From: Chiloscyllium plagiosum
Taxonomy: Eukaryota
DNA length: 41,815 bases
Assembly (NCBI RefSeq): GCF_004010195.1
Contig: NC_057750.1
Span: 10,175,084 to 10,216,898, forward strand
Direction of reading: 5' to 3'
The notes beneath the pieces are model-generated. The model did no database searches. It was not told the DNA's origin and saw only the letters and a list, made by a program, of their open reading frames with translations. A program made the translations under genes and the position numbers. Below, piece after piece: positions 11,350 to 24,144 of the stretch. How positions within the stretch are numbered: the first letter of the stretch is position 1; each line of letters starts with the position of its first letter.

Positions 11350-11790
11350 TAGACTCAGAGTCCTACAGCACAGAAACAGACCCTTCGGTCCAACCCGTCC
11401 ATGTTGATCAGATATCCCAACCCAATCTAGTCCCACCTGCCAGCATTTGGCCCATATCCCTCCAAACCCTTCCTATTCATAAACCCATCCAGATGCCTTT
11501 TAAATGTTGCAATTGTACCAGCCTCCAGCACTTCCTCTGGCAACTCATTCCCCATACACCACCTCTGCATGGAAAAAATTGCCCCTTAGGTCTTTTATAT
11601 TTTTCCCCTTACCTGAAAACTATGCCCTCTGGTTGCTGGTCTCCCCCACCTCCGGGAAAGTACCTTGTCTATTTACCTTATCCATGCTCGTCCTCATTTT
11701 ATAAACCTCTCTAAAGTCACCCCTCAGCCTCTGACCCTCCAGGGAAAACAGTCCCAGCCTATTCAACCTCTCCCGAAAGCTCATATCCTT
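11350..11790 (-). mobile_element. CR1 LINE 3' fragment
   Basis: Reverse complement of CR1 ORF2 C-terminus and tail; similar to 25830-26335. Confidence 0.8.
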
Positions 11791-12049
11791 GGGGTCTTGC
11801 TGTAGAGGAAGGTTCTAGTGAGTAGAGTAGGTTCTATGTTTTATCGAGATGTTTTTTGATAATACTTATGGCTTATATTTAAGTTTAAAGTTAGCCCGGA
11901 GCAGTGCTTTGGAGATGAATAAGACTGTTATTTTCTGGGTCTGCAGATTGGAAGAAGCAAAATGGCCCTTACTGATATGTTGCTCTTGTCAGATGTGGGT
12001 TTTGGGAGAGTTTGCTTTACTGAGGATTACATCTGCAATAAATGCCAAT

Positions 12050-13125
12050 GTTTGCAAATCCTACCAGATCAGAAGGATCAGTTGCAGCGACGGAGGCAAT
12101 GAGGGATTTGCAAGAGCAAGTGGGTGTGATGGAAGGCAGTTATAGGAAGGGGAAAAAGTTGCAGATAGTCATATACATGGGTTAACTCTGGGAAAGGTAA
12201 GAGAGGTAGGCAGGTAGTACAGGAGTCTTCTGTGGCTATTTACATTTTCCAAAACAGCATACTTGTTTGAAATGGAAGGGGTGATGGATTCTAAAAGGAA
12301 TGTAGCATGAACAGCCAAGTTTCTGATATTGAGATTGGCTCTAATGCAATAAAGGGTACATCGCGTTCCAAGAGATCGATTGTGTTAGGGGACTCTGTAG
12401 TCTGAGGCACAGACAAATGTTTCTGTGGCCAGCAGTAAAAAAAATTAGAATGGTGTGTTTCCTCCCTCGTGCCAGGATCAAGGATGTCTGAGAGGTTGAA
12501 GGATGTTCTCAAGTGGGAAGAGGGCCTAGCAGGAGGTCATGTACATATTGGAACCAATCACATAGGAAGGGGAAAGGATGAGATTCTGAAGGGAGAATAT
12601 AGTAATAGGCAGGAATTTAAAAAGGCAGTCCTTGAGAGTAATAAGGGTGCTACGAGCTAGTGAGGGTATGAATAGGAGAATAGAGCAAGTGAATGCGTGG
12701 CTGAGGTGCTGGTGTATGGGAGAAGGATTCACCTTTTTGGACCATTGGAATCTCTTTTGGGGTAGAAGTGACCTAAACAAGAAGGATGGCTTGCACCTAC
12801 ATTGAAAGGGGGCTAACGTACTGACAGGGACATTTGCTAGAGCCCTTCGGCAGGATTTAAACTAGTAAGATTTGGGGGGGGTGGTTTCCAAGGAGGTAGT
12901 GAGGAAAGAAATCGATGAGACTGGTACAGTTGAAAAGAAGTGACTGAAACAGTCAGAGACAAAGCAGATAACAAGGTAGGACTGATAAATTAAACTGTAT
13001 TTATTTCAGTGCAAAAGACCTAACAGGGAAGGCTGATGAACTCAGAGCATGGTTAGGAACGAGGGACTGGGATATGATAGTAATTACAGAAACATGGCTC
13101 AGGGGTGGACAGGACTGGCAGCTTC
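12050..13125 (+). mobile_element. Decayed CR1 ORF1 (SGNH esterase) and start of ORF2 AP endonuclease
   Basis: IVLGDSVV (12379), FLPRARIKDV, VHIGTNHIG, WLRCWCMGEGFTFLDHW, then NCIYFSAK...WDMIVITETW. Confidence 0.85.
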
Positions 13126-14440
13126 ATGCAACAGCTCGTATGGGGAGTCAAGCCAGATATCTAATATGCCTCGCCTGTCCTGACAGTGTTGATGCAAACA
13201 GCAGAGGAACATCACGCGGACAGTGTCGAACAGTCCTGTCCAACAAATGACCCACAATCCAGAATCCAACCTGCCATGTCGGTGTTCGATTTGCTGAATT
13301 GATTTGGAGGAGCAGTGAACAGTATGAAGGTGAATGGTTTCATTCAGACTTGAGATCTGGACACGAACATCCACTGTAAGCATGTGGGTGCAGGGAAAAG
13401 TCTGCAAATGAGCGGCTCAGTGGCCCCTGGGCTGGAAGGCAAGGTTCTTGCTCTCCATGCAGTCTGCAGTCAAAATGGTAGAGTGGATGCTCAGTCCTAG
13501 GAGATGTGAGACAAAGGCAGTTTCAGAAGAGAGAAAAGGAGAAATGTATGAGGTGGAGTGCGCATGTACGGGAGGGTGAGAGAAAGTGAACAGGCACAGA
13601 AGGGAGCAGGAGAGAGATGGATGAATATTTGAGATCCCTGAGACTGGGTGTGAGCCACACATGCACTGACCCCAGAAAGGTATCCATATACCAGACTGGG
13701 AGAAATGGAAAGTCTGGGCTTTTGTTTTTGCATGAGTTCTACCGAGGCCAGCTTGAAAGTGTGCAGCCAAAGTTGAACGTGTCAGTTAAATGCAACTCTT
13801 TAGCTTCACTCCACGCCCTGCTGACCAAGAGTTGGGGCTTAGTCTGTCCTTCTCTCTAGTGTATCATGTGAAGTCAAAAGGCAAGTAGGGTTTTGTGAAC
13901 TTTGCTAAACGGTATTTTGATGGGTTTTAAAAAAAATTTTTAACTTCACCAATTTATTGCTTTGACTTTTCTTAGTGATTGGTTTTTTCATACTTAATTT
14001 TTATTTTCAAATTTATGATTTGTGTTGTGCAAAACATTTTCCCAACTGATTCTAATATTGACCAAGTCCAATCCTAATGTTTGCAGTTTACCATGTGGTT
14101 AGTCACAAGTAAATGAATCTACCAGTGATCTTTGTTCTATAGAACACAAGTTTATCATGCAAACAAGCTACATATGATACTTTAGAAAGATCTTAACATA
14201 AGCAGCAAAACAAAGTTGCAACCATTTTTTCAAACAATGTACTGATTCTTGATCCTCATGAAGAACCACTTCTTTCTTAAATCTTTAATGTCTTACTTAA
14301 CTGACTTTATAGTTTTGACGGCTTACAGACTTTCCAATTCTCATGGCCTGGACCTTTCTTCAGTTCTGACAGCTTGAAAACTAATAAACGTACAGCTTTG
14401 AGACATCATACACTTACCTGCTCTTCTGAACTGAACTAAT

Positions 14441-14562
14441 GATGTGGAGGTGCTAGTGTTGGACTGGGATAGACCAGGTCAGAAGTCACATGACACCAGG
14501 TTATAATCCAACAGGTTTATTTGAAATCACAAGCTTTCAAGTTGCTGCTCCTTCAACAGATG
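14441..14562 (-). mobile_element. Penelope-type pLTR remnant, second family, degenerate hammerhead
   Basis: Minus strand CAT-CTGTTGA-A-GGAGC-AGC-AACTT-GAAAG-CTT-GTG. Confidence 0.55.
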
Positions 14563-14755
14563 TGCAGGTTAGGGTGAATTGGCCATACTAAATTGTCCAT
14601 AGTGTTCAGGGAAGTGTAGATTAGGTGCATTAGTCAGGGGTAAGTATAAGATAATAGGATAGTGGAATGGGTCTGGGTGGGTTACTCTTCAGAGGATCGG
14701 TGTGGGCATTGTTGGTCCGAACGGCCTGTTTCCACACTGTAGTGATTCTATGAGA
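14560..14755 (+). mobile_element. HE1/V-SINE-like SINE 3' half
   Basis: gatgtgcaggttagggtgaattggccatactaaattg matches copies at 39303 and 39730; CR1-like tail. Confidence 0.75.
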
Positions 14756-15673
14756 ATTCGATGAGGGGAAAAAAAAACACATCCCTGGTCTGTTTTCTCT
14801 GTATGTCATGTGAGTTCAACTTTGTAAACACTGCATCAATTAACTCCATGGGCATACTGCTACACATTCATCTGAAATCACATGCTTCATTGGAAATTGT
14901 TTTTAGCACATTTGTCCAAATGACTTTCCAGCCTTCTTTCTTTAAAAATAATCTTCACGGAACTGCAGCCACATATTTCACCTCTGCTTTAAAATTCATA
15001 TTTTCAAAGGATAATGTATATTTTATTTAAAAATCTTCAACGCACAAAACTTTGAATGAAAAACAAAATCAAGATGTGGCTCATCAGGTGAGCTTTGGAC
15101 TACCCTGGTGTAGACTAGAGTTTTGTCGACTGTTCACAATATCTACATTGAGAGTGTTTGATTTGGGATAATATATAGGAAGCTTTATTTAAGCCATAGT
15201 GAAGCAGCCCTGAGAACACAGGCTTTGCTCTATTTCCAGGGTGAGCAAAATTGAAAAATGCTCCTTGTCTGTCTAAGGGACTGTCAGGTGCCCAGATATT
15301 ATCAGTGTGGTTTATTTGTTACTCTGAAAGAGGGTGAAGAGATTTTAAAAGAAACCACTCAACATTCCAATTAGCTTTTCAAATCCAACTCAAACATCAG
15401 AATTAGAGAAATATTTTTATTCTGTGTTGAGAAGGTATCAACACTGCTGTGCTTTGAGTTTATTTAGAAAGGCAGTTGTGATTTTGCCTCCAGCCAGTTC
15501 CTGTCGGGAAGGACATTCCACACCATTTTTTTTGGCTTGCAAAACTAGTTCATTAAACTGAGCAAACATTAAGCTGGGGCTCCCGAGAGGCCACAGAGTC
15601 AGTATTTCAAGCAAAGCTGCCTCTGCTCTCCAGGACTCGGGGTTTCAGAGTTTTGTGCTGGTCTGAAAAAATA

Positions 15674-15809
15674 ATGCAACGAGAGATGTCTCTGACAGTA
15701 ATGGCCTTTTGTGTGATTGTCTTCTGTGCTGGTGGTGTCTTCTCCGCCAGGGGCGAAGTGATGCATAAACTGGCTAAAAGGAAGCTGTGTGCAGATGAGG
15801 AATGCAGCC
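15674..15809 (+). CDS. MIA: MIA (melanoma inhibitory activity/CD-RAP) exon 1: signal peptide + MHKLAKRKLCADEECS
   Basis: Manual translation; hydrophobic leader; GTAAGT donor, phase 1; start could also be ATG 15686 or 15701. Confidence 0.92.
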
Positions 15810-16789
15810 GTAAGTAATCCTCAACATATAAGTGAAAATCAGTTCGCTGCAGGGATGGGTTTAACGCTGCTTTGGAAAGTAGAAACCTTGCTGAACATTA
15901 CTTGGTTCAACTGACAAGCTTTAAATTTGGTCCATCATGTCAGTAATGTCTCCCTGGAAAGACCTATCTAATTAGTCCCACCAGTTGGTTTTTCCTCTTT
16001 CCCCCCCCCAAAATCCTGCAAAATGTCTCTTTTCAGGTATTTATTTGATTTCCCCATTTGAAAGCTATTCTGCTTACAGCACTTTGCAGCAGTGCATTTC
16101 CAATCATCACAAACTTGCTAGACAAAACAGGTCTTTCCACTAACCCCTTTTGTATATGCCAATTCTCTTAAATGTCTGCCTTCTATTTACAAACCCACCC
16201 CCAACAGAAGAAATTTCTCCCCTTATTTGTTCTGTGAAAACTCTTCATTTTGAGAGGGTAAAAAGGTGTGACTTTTTTTCCACAGGCAAGCGGAATGAAC
16301 TGAGCTTCAGAAATCACCTTCACCATCTGTTCCACTCGGTCCTCCCACCCTTCTGTCAACAGTATAAAGCCCACCATTTTTCAGCCCCTTTTGGTTCTGA
16401 ATAAGTCATGTCGGACTCAACGTCAACTCTTTCACTCTGCACAGATAATGTCAGATCTGTTGAGTTTCTCCAACATTATCCATTTTTATTACAACAATCA
16501 GAATCTGATTTCACTTTGGTAGACTTGGTTTTCTTTCAGAATTGTTATAGAGCACAAAGGAGGTCATTTGGCCCATCTTTACTGCTCCAGGACTTCAAAA
16601 CAGCATTTCACCAAGAGCCACTCTCCCCATAATCTTGCACATTCTTCCTTTTCAATTAAGTCAATTCCCTTTTGAATGCTAATATGAACCTGCATCCACC
16701 ACACACTCAGGCAGTGAATTTTAGACTCTTAAGTACTCACTGCATGTATAAGCTTTTCAGTACAAATTTTGCTTCTTTTGTCAATTGCT

Positions 16790-17232
16790 TCAGATCTATT
16801 AAGTTGGAGAGGGCTCAGAAGAGACTTCCAAGGAAATTGCCAGGAATGGAGGGTTTGAGTTACAAGGCGAGGCTGGGTTTTTTTTCACCAGAGTGTAGGA
16901 AGTTGAGGGGTAACCTTACAGAAGTTTATAAAATCATGAGGGGTATAGATAAGCTGAATAGCTGGTGTCTTTTCCCTGGGGTGGGGGATTTCAAGACTTA
17001 GGGGGCTTTCGTTTAATGTGAGTGGAGAAATATTTTTTTAAAAATGAGGGGCAGTGTTTTTTATAAACAGAGTTGTTCATGTAACATTTGGATAGGTATA
17101 TGAATAAATGTTTTAGAGGCTTTTGAGCTCAGCGCAGAAAGATGGGATTAGTTTAGTTTGGGATTATGGCCATTCGGACTATGGTTGGACCGAATAGTCT
17201 AAATAGCAAAATAGTCTACTTCTATGACTCTA
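16790..17232 (+). mobile_element. CR1 LINE 3' fragment in MIA intron 1
   Basis: ORF 16672 LERAQKRLPRKLPGMEGLSY...LRGNLTEVYKIMRG. Confidence 0.85.
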
Positions 17233-17625
17233 TCTCATTGTCAATCCTCTTGAGAAGGTGGGAACAACTTCTTCTCCCTATCTGTTCTATCCAGACTCCT
17301 TGTGATTTGTGCTTTCTTTTCAGTGTGTTCCCATAGGAAGAAGGCAGCTCATGTCAGTTCTTCACTGTCTCTTGTTCTGCTGCTGGAGATATAGTTTGGC
17401 GTCTGACCCCACTACTCTTGATGTGAGGACCTAGACAAGGAATGTTGGCATTTATTCCCTTAAATATTCCCAGCATTGAACAGCAATCAGGAGCAGGGAA
17501 CTTGTCTGACTTTTTCCCCTCAAAATATTGATAAATAATGCCTTGGATATTTCTGGACTTGATTCTGAACCAAAGGTGCACAAGCTGGACAATGCATGCT
17601 CTGTTAAACATTATTTTCCTTGTAG

Positions 17626-17759
17626 ATCCAATTTCAATGGCTCGAGCACTGGCAGATTACACAGGTCCTGACTGCAGGTTCATCAACATCCGTCAGGGAC
17701 AGATCGTTTACATTTATGGAAAACTTAGAGGAAAAGGACGCAACTTTTGGCAAGGGACT
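17626..17759 (+). CDS. MIA: MIA exon 2 (HPISMARALADYTGPDCRFINIRQGQIVYIYGKLRGKGRNFWQGT)
   Basis: tgtag acceptor, GTAAGT donor, 134 nt; SH3-like fold motifs. Confidence 0.96.
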
Positions 17760-17923
17760 GTAAGTCTGAGACAAGTACCTCTATAAAGTCTGTTTAGGTG
17801 TTTGGTGCTGACACTGACTTCTGCCCCTCACTCTTGGCTCTGGAGCTGGTTGTGGTACTTTGGTTATCATTGCTGGTGTTTGGGCTGTGGTTACTGTCTG
17901 ATGTCTATGTAAAACCAAGCAAA

Positions 17924-18150
17924 GTCTGTCTGAGACTGACAAGTATCTGTGTGAAACTGACTACCACCCGTCTTGAGACTGATTAGAATTTCTGTGAGAT
18001 TGACCCATTGTCTATGAGACTGACAAGTATCTCAGACTAACGTGTCTATGGGACTGACCCACACTGAGACTGACCAGTGTTTCTGTGAAACTGACTAATA
18101 TCTGTGTGACTGACCACTACGAGACAGATGGGTATTTGTAAGACTAACCA
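17924..18150 (+). repeat. Degenerate ~20-nt tandem array with TGAGACTGAC core
   Basis: About 11 recurrences of ACTGAC/ACTAAC/ATTGAC-like cores. Confidence 0.75.
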
Positions 18151-18164
18151 ATGTTTGTGTTTAG

Positions 18165-18275
18165 GTTCAAGGTGATTATTTTGGGGAGCAATCAACAACA
18201 CTTGGATTTTTCCCAAAGTCGATTGTGAGAGAGCTCCAACATCTAGGGACTGAACTTGTGGAAATGCCAACAGTT
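18165..18275 (+). CDS. MIA: MIA exon 3 (VQGDYFGEQSTTLGFFPKSIVRELQHLGTELVEMPTV)
   Basis: tttag acceptor, GTAAGA donor, 111 nt; VQGDY(F/Y)G is MIA-type rather than OTOR-type. Confidence 0.95.
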
Positions 18276-19163
18276 GTAAGAGCACTTTACTTTCTCTTTC
18301 ATCAGCTATTCATGTCTGCTGGCATAGAGGGATAATTAATGGCACAGTGGGGCAATAGTTGGAATCACAGGACAATTAGTGTCACAGTGGAGCCACACAG
18401 AAGGTTACAAGACGCAATAAAAGATGTTTTGTCTAGCAGCTCATTCTCCTGACAGCAAGTCACAAATAAGCAGAAACATTGCTGATGCTGCCTACCTGAA
18501 ATGAGAACAGAAAATGCAGAACAAACAGTACGATGTTCATTACTATCAGGCAGAATGGACAAATTAGTGTTAAATCTGTAGAGCCTCTCTCCAGGATGGT
18601 CCATTCTTGCTTCACTAATACCACATCCATAGTGGCATTGGGCTACAAGAGAACAGAATTCCGGATGGCTCTCATATCTATGCTGATCTTTGTTAGAACA
18701 GCAGCAAGTTGAAACAACTGTTTTCACCAAGGCTGAGAAAAAGGAGAATAACCCAAAAGTTGCTCCTCAATTATTGCCCAGTGACCCCAGCTTAAAGTGA
18801 GCAGGGAAATCAGCCTGCATTTCTGCTCGATGCTCACTGACTCCAATTTCAATTAAGTAGGAAAATCAGACAGGATTCCTGTTCCCACTCTCTGTCCAGC
18901 GCAGACCTAGTTCACTGCCCAGAAAAATCGCCATGGATAAGTATGTGCATGTTGGCCTAGATTGTGGTAAAGCCGACATTTTAAGTTTGATACTATACCA
19001 AAGCTGTGCTCATACATGAAGGGTGGAGCAGCAGAGGGCAATTGATGCATGTGGAAACTGTTCTCCAGTAGGAGTCAGTATTCAATGGGAAAAATGAAAA
19101 GAAATTCAGTTATAGAGATGAGTTTATTACAGCCTTTTTGACAATGCTCACTTGTATTTGTAG

Positions 19164-19184
19164 GACTGGGATTTCTACTGTTAG
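19164..19184 (+). CDS. MIA: MIA exon 4 (DWDFYC*)
   Basis: tgtag acceptor; WDFYC terminus supplies the fourth conserved Cys; CDS totals 402 nt = 133 aa + stop. Confidence 0.93.
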   Translation, partial: DWDFYC

Positions 19185-19269
19185 TGAAAGAAGAGGATCA
19201 GAAAGAAATCGGGCTCCCACAAAACCAGCCAGTCAATGCCATGGAGTGCCATTGCAGAGTTAGGTTTAC

Positions 19270-19302
19270 AATAAACTGTCTTGCCCAATGACTTGTAATA
19301 AA
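19270..19302 (+). terminator. MIA poly(A) signals (AATAAA at 19270 and 19297)
   Basis: Two canonical hexamers ~85-120 nt after the stop. Confidence 0.7.
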
Positions 19303-19856
19303 GTGGTGTCTAATTGTTAACTGTAGTTCTTGCACTCTGCCACACGATGGCACTTGTGAGCTACTGACATAAAGTTGGGATTTTAGTCTAACTTTGAGAC
19401 AAAGATTGGAATACATTAGCTCTCTGTATGGATCCACCTTTAAGTAGCCAAATCTAATTAGCTAAACCTACATCCTGCAGAGCACTATTGCTGTGCATCA
19501 CCTCTGGATGCCAGATTCATGAGGTCACTGGACTGTAGGAATCTCTCATCCCCTCTCCTGGCAGGCACATTGATCCTTGTGAACCAATTCTGCAACTGGC
19601 TTCTGTCTGTGCTCAGAGGATAAAGGAAGCCGGTTGAGAAGGAGCAACTTTCTGCCATCCCTCTGGCTTAAAACCCATCAACAATATAGCCACTGGCTGC
19701 CTGTAACACCCATTTAAACCTTCTGTATTCATCAAAAGGAGATAGGAGTGACAGATAAAACAGAAATAATGCTTTTTAAAAAGTTCTCTCCTGGTACCTG
19801 GGCGTTTATTGCCCCACCTCAGAACATGCTGCTCAATTAGAGAGTTAAGGGAGAGG

Positions 19857-22750
19857 ACATAGAATAATACAGCACAGAACAGGCCCTTCAGCCCTCGATG
19901 TTGCGCCGACCTGTGAACTAATCTAAGCCGATTACCCTACACTGTTCAATCATCATCCATATGCTTATCCAAAGACTGTTTAAATTCCCGTAATGTGGAT
20001 GAGTTAATTGCATTAGCAGGCAGGGCATTTCACGCCCTTATCACTCTGAATGATGAACCTACCTGACATCTGTTTTAAATCTATCACCCCTTAATTTGAA
20101 GCTATGCCCACTCGTACAAGCTGACGTCATCGTCCTAGGAAAAAGACTCTATCTACCCTATCTAATCCTCTGATCATCTTACCTATCTCTATTAAATCGC
20201 TTCTTAGCCTTCTCTCCAATGAGAACAGACCCAAGTCTCTCATCCTTTCCTCATAAGACTCAGACCAGGCAACATCCTGGTAAATCTCCTCTGCATCTTT
20301 TCCAATGCTTCCACATCCTTCCCATGATGGGGCGACCAGAACTGTACACAATATTCCAAGTGAGGCTGCACTAGCGTTTTGTACAGTTGCAGCATGACAT
20401 CACAGCTCCAGAACTCAATCCCTCTACCAATAAAATCTAAAACACCGTATTCCATCAACCACTACTCGTTGCCTTCTTACAGAAAGCCAGTTCCAAATCC
20501 AAACTGCTAAATCACCTTCAATCCCATGCCTCAGCATTTTCTCCAGTGGCCTACCATGTGGAACCTTATCAAAGGCTTTGCTGAAGTCCATGTACACCAT
20601 GTCAACTGCCCTATCCTCATCCACATGCTCAGTTACCTGCTCAAAAAACTGAGGTTTGTGGGTGACTCAAAGATCAAGGCCAAAAGCTTGGCCATCTCCT
20701 TCCTAAATTCCCAGAGAATTCTCAGAAAAATCCCATCTGGCCCAGGGACTTATCTATTTTCACACCTTCTAGAATTGATAACACCTCCTCCTTACTAACC
20801 TCGATCCTTTCTAGTCTAATAGCACATATCTCAGTCTTCTCCTCTACAATATTCTCCTTTTCCTGAGTGAAAACAGATGAGAAGTATTCGTTTAGCACCT
20901 CTCCAATCTCCACAGGGTCCACACACAACTTCCCACTTCTGTCTTTGACAGGCCCTATTCCTACCCTCGTCATCCTTTTATTCCTCATATCTATAGAAAA
21001 CTTTAGGGTTCTCCTTTATTCTACCTGCTAAAGACTGCTCATGTCCCCTCCTTGCTCTTCTTAACTCTCTCTTTCTAGCTAATCTGTGACTCTCCATCAC
21101 CTCATCTAAACCATCTTATCTCAAAGTCACATAAGCCGCCTCCTTCCGCTTAACAAAAGAAACAATTTCTTGAGTAAACCACAATTCCCTTACCTTACTC
21201 TTCCTCCTCGCCTGACAGGGACACACCTGTCAAAGACATGCAATGTCTGTTCCTTAAACCAGCTCCACTGTCAGGAAACCCATCTGCACACATTGGACAA
21301 AAGGTGATTCATCCAACATATTAAGAGTTATAGCATTTCCAGTCAATGTTGGGGAAGTTAAAGTCCCCCATGATGACTATCCTTTCACTCCTGCCCAGAA
21401 TCGATTTGCCAATCCTCTCCTCCACATCCCTGGAACTTTGTGGAGGCCTATAAAAAAAACTCCCAGCAGTGTGACCTCTCCTCTCCTGTTTCTAATCTCA
21501 GCCCGTACCACCTCAGTCCTCCTCAAATGTTCTTTCGGCCATTGTTATACCGTCCTTGACTAATAAAGCAACACCTCCCCCTTTTTTACCACCATCTTAA
21601 TGAAAAATCAAAACCCTGGAACCTGCAACATCCATTCCTCACCCTTGCTCTATCCATGTTTCAGTAATGGCCACAACATTGAAGTCCCAGGTACCTATCA
21701 ATGCTGCAAGCTCACCTACCTTATTCCAGCTACTCCTGGCATTGAAGTAGACACACTTCATACCAGCTTGCTGTCTGCCACACATTCCTGTGACTGAAAT
21801 CCTGTCCCTGTTTTCCCTACTCTCACCCTCCTGTGTACTGGAACTACAACACAGGTCCCTCGCAGGTTTAAGTGAAGACCTGTAGAGGTCCCACCTTCCC
21901 CAGAATGAGCTCCAATTATCCATAAACCTGAAACCCTCCCTCCTGCACCATCCCTGCAGCCATGTGTTCAGCTGATAGCTCTCCATGTTCTTCACATCAC
22001 TATCATGTGTCACGGGTAACAATCTAGAGATAACAACTCTGTTCTCGCTCTCAGCTTCCACCCTAGCTCCCTGAAATCTTGCCTTACATCCCTATCCCTC
22101 TTTCTACCTATGTCATTGGTACCTATGTGGACCACGACTGGGGCAGGTAACCCTCTCTCTACAGGACCCCAAAGACATGATCCGAGACATCACAGACCCT
22201 GGCACCTGGGAGGCAACACACAAACCGTGAGTCTCGTTCATTCCCAACAAACCTTCTATCTGACCCTCTCACTATTGAGTCCCCAATGACTAACACTCTC
22301 CTCCTTTCCCCCTTCCACTTCTGTGCAACAGGCACGGACTCTGTGCCAGAGACCTGCACTACAGTCCATGCCCCGGTAAGTCATGCCCCACAACAGTATC
22401 CAAAACAGTATACTTGTTTTTCAGAGGTACGACCACAAGAGATCACTACGCTAACTGTTTTCCCCCCTTCTAACAATTACCCAGCTTTCTTCATGCCTAG
22501 GAGTAACTACTTGCCTGTAACTCTTATCTATCATAGACGCTGCCTCCCGAATGACTTGAAGTTCATCCAGCTCCTGCTCCAGTTCCCTAATGCAGTCTTG
22601 GAGGAGCAAGAGTTGGGTGCACTTCCTGCAGATGTACATGGATGGGACACCTATGGCATACCTCACCTCAAACATCATGTAGGAGGAACATTCAGAATAA
22701 AGGTCTTCTGCTGGAGAAACTCCCTAACTCTCCCTTCAGTATAAAGACCT
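19857..22750 (-). mobile_element. Decayed, internally deleted CR1 LINE (ORF1 Zn-finger/esterase, APE, RT, tail)
   Basis: YICRKCTQL, RRVLVIGDSIVRG, MKCVYFNARS..NKVGEL..VVAITETW, VDMVYMDFSKAFDKVPH, LYKTLVQPHLEYCVQFWSP in the expected order on the minus strand. Confidence 0.93.
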
Positions 22751-23940
22751 GTCCAGTTAACCTATCAGATAAGTTACCCTAATCTCTACTATGTTAAAGT
22801 CTTAAAATTAGCAAATTAAACCCATGAGAGTGTTTTCTATCACAAATTCCAATGCAGTTTAAGAATTTAACCCACATCTATATACACTGTGCAAAAATTG
22901 GTAATTATTGTTTGTTATTCTCTTCACCCTGTTTTCACATCAACAGCACCCCTCCTGCAAACTCGCATGCAAAGACACAACTTGCTTCTATACATCAGGA
23001 ACCAAGCTGTCCCAGTACAAAATGCTACTAAAATTCAGGTCTGGGTGAATCAGTGGAGAGAGACATAGATCTAACAGGGAGTCTGATAGGGCTCTTCTTT
23101 AGACTGGTTCCGCCCAGGAGCTACCTCAAATATTTGCTTGACATTAAAAGGGTTGAGCCAGAGAGAGTCCCCTGCACAACAACAGGCTGGGAATCTAATC
23201 TATACTTTCTGGTTTGGGTACAGGCCACCGTCCCTAACAGACTCATATTGTATTTTTGAAAAATGTTCTAAACTTTTCTGCAGAAATACTGACTTTTTGG
23301 ACACCTTGACAGCCGCAGACTCCAGGGTCTCATAATTAAAATACTTTCATTTCTCTGGCACCTTATTAATTTTACAAGAACTTCTCAAAGTGCATTACAT
23401 CAAGTGAGTTATTCACGTAGAAGAAAGTGACAGCTGATTTCACACAGCAAGAAACAGTGAAATAAATCAACAAATTAATTTGATCTTTCACATCTTGGTC
23501 AAAGAAAAAATATTGACCAGGACATCATAAATCATCAAATAGTGCAGAGAGATCTTTCAAATCCAACTAATTAACCACTGCCTCAGTTCAAGACATAGTA
23601 ACTTAGCGCTTTCTTTCCTTACACTTATTTTGCATAGTGCCATTTGGATCCAAAGTAGTGTATTTGGTTACGGTGATGTCTAAAACACATCACTAAAGGT
23701 GAGACAGTGTTGTCATGGTAATGTATAGAGGCTCTGGGGACCAGGGTTCAAATCCTGCCACAGTAGCTGGTGAAATTTAAATTTGATGACCACTGTCACT
23801 GGATTTTATTGATTGCAATAAACAGTTCCCCAATCCCTTTAGTGAAGGAAATCTGTTATCCTTATCTGGTCTGACCTACATGTGAATCCAGAGTCACAAC
23901 AACACAGTTGTCTCTTAACTGCTCTCTGCTCTCTGAAATA

Positions 23941-24045
23941 AACTCTCTGCTCATTCCTGAAGAAGGGCATGTGCCCGAAACGTCGAATCTTCTGTTCCCT
24001 AGATGCTGCCTGACCTGCTGTGCTGTTCCAGCAATAAAGTTTCAG
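23941..24045 (+). mobile_element. Penelope-derived 105-bp element with 15-bp TSD
   Basis: CTGCTCTCTGAAATA at 23926-23940 and 24046-24060; internal AATAAA at 24033. Confidence 0.9.
23953..23988 (+). ncRNA. Minimal type I hammerhead ribozyme motif
   Basis: ATTC-CTGAAGA-A-GGGC-ATGT-GCCC-GAAA-CGTC-GAAT: stem I ATTC/GAAT, full core, stem II, palindromic ACGT stem III, GUC cleavage triplet. Confidence 0.8.
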
Positions 24046-24144
24046 CTGCTCTCTGAAATAGCCTAGCAAACCACACACTTAATTACAACCAGGGCTTGGA
24101 AATAAATTCTAACTCTGCCAACAATGCCACCTTATTTAAGGGGA

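Larger units (their letters stand above)
23700..24130 (+). mobile_element. tRNA-derived SINE (DeuSINE/SacSINE-like), interrupted by a Penelope-derived element
   Basis: gggttcaaatcc B-box; gaaggaaatctg..atcctta.ctggtctg core shared with other copies; family name from memory. Confidence 0.65.

Noticed and set aside
11229..11714. 161-aa plus-strand ORF
   Set aside because: Mostly antisense reading of a CR1 3' fragment
13130..13870. Non-repetitive-looking stretch with several 78-117 aa ORFs; possible gene or pseudogene
   Set aside because: No recognisable domain and stop frequency in the frame I read is about random; BLASTx would settle it
17924..18150. CRISPR-like repeat-spacer appearance
   Set aside because: Units are degenerate and irregular, lie in a vertebrate intron, and no cas genes are present
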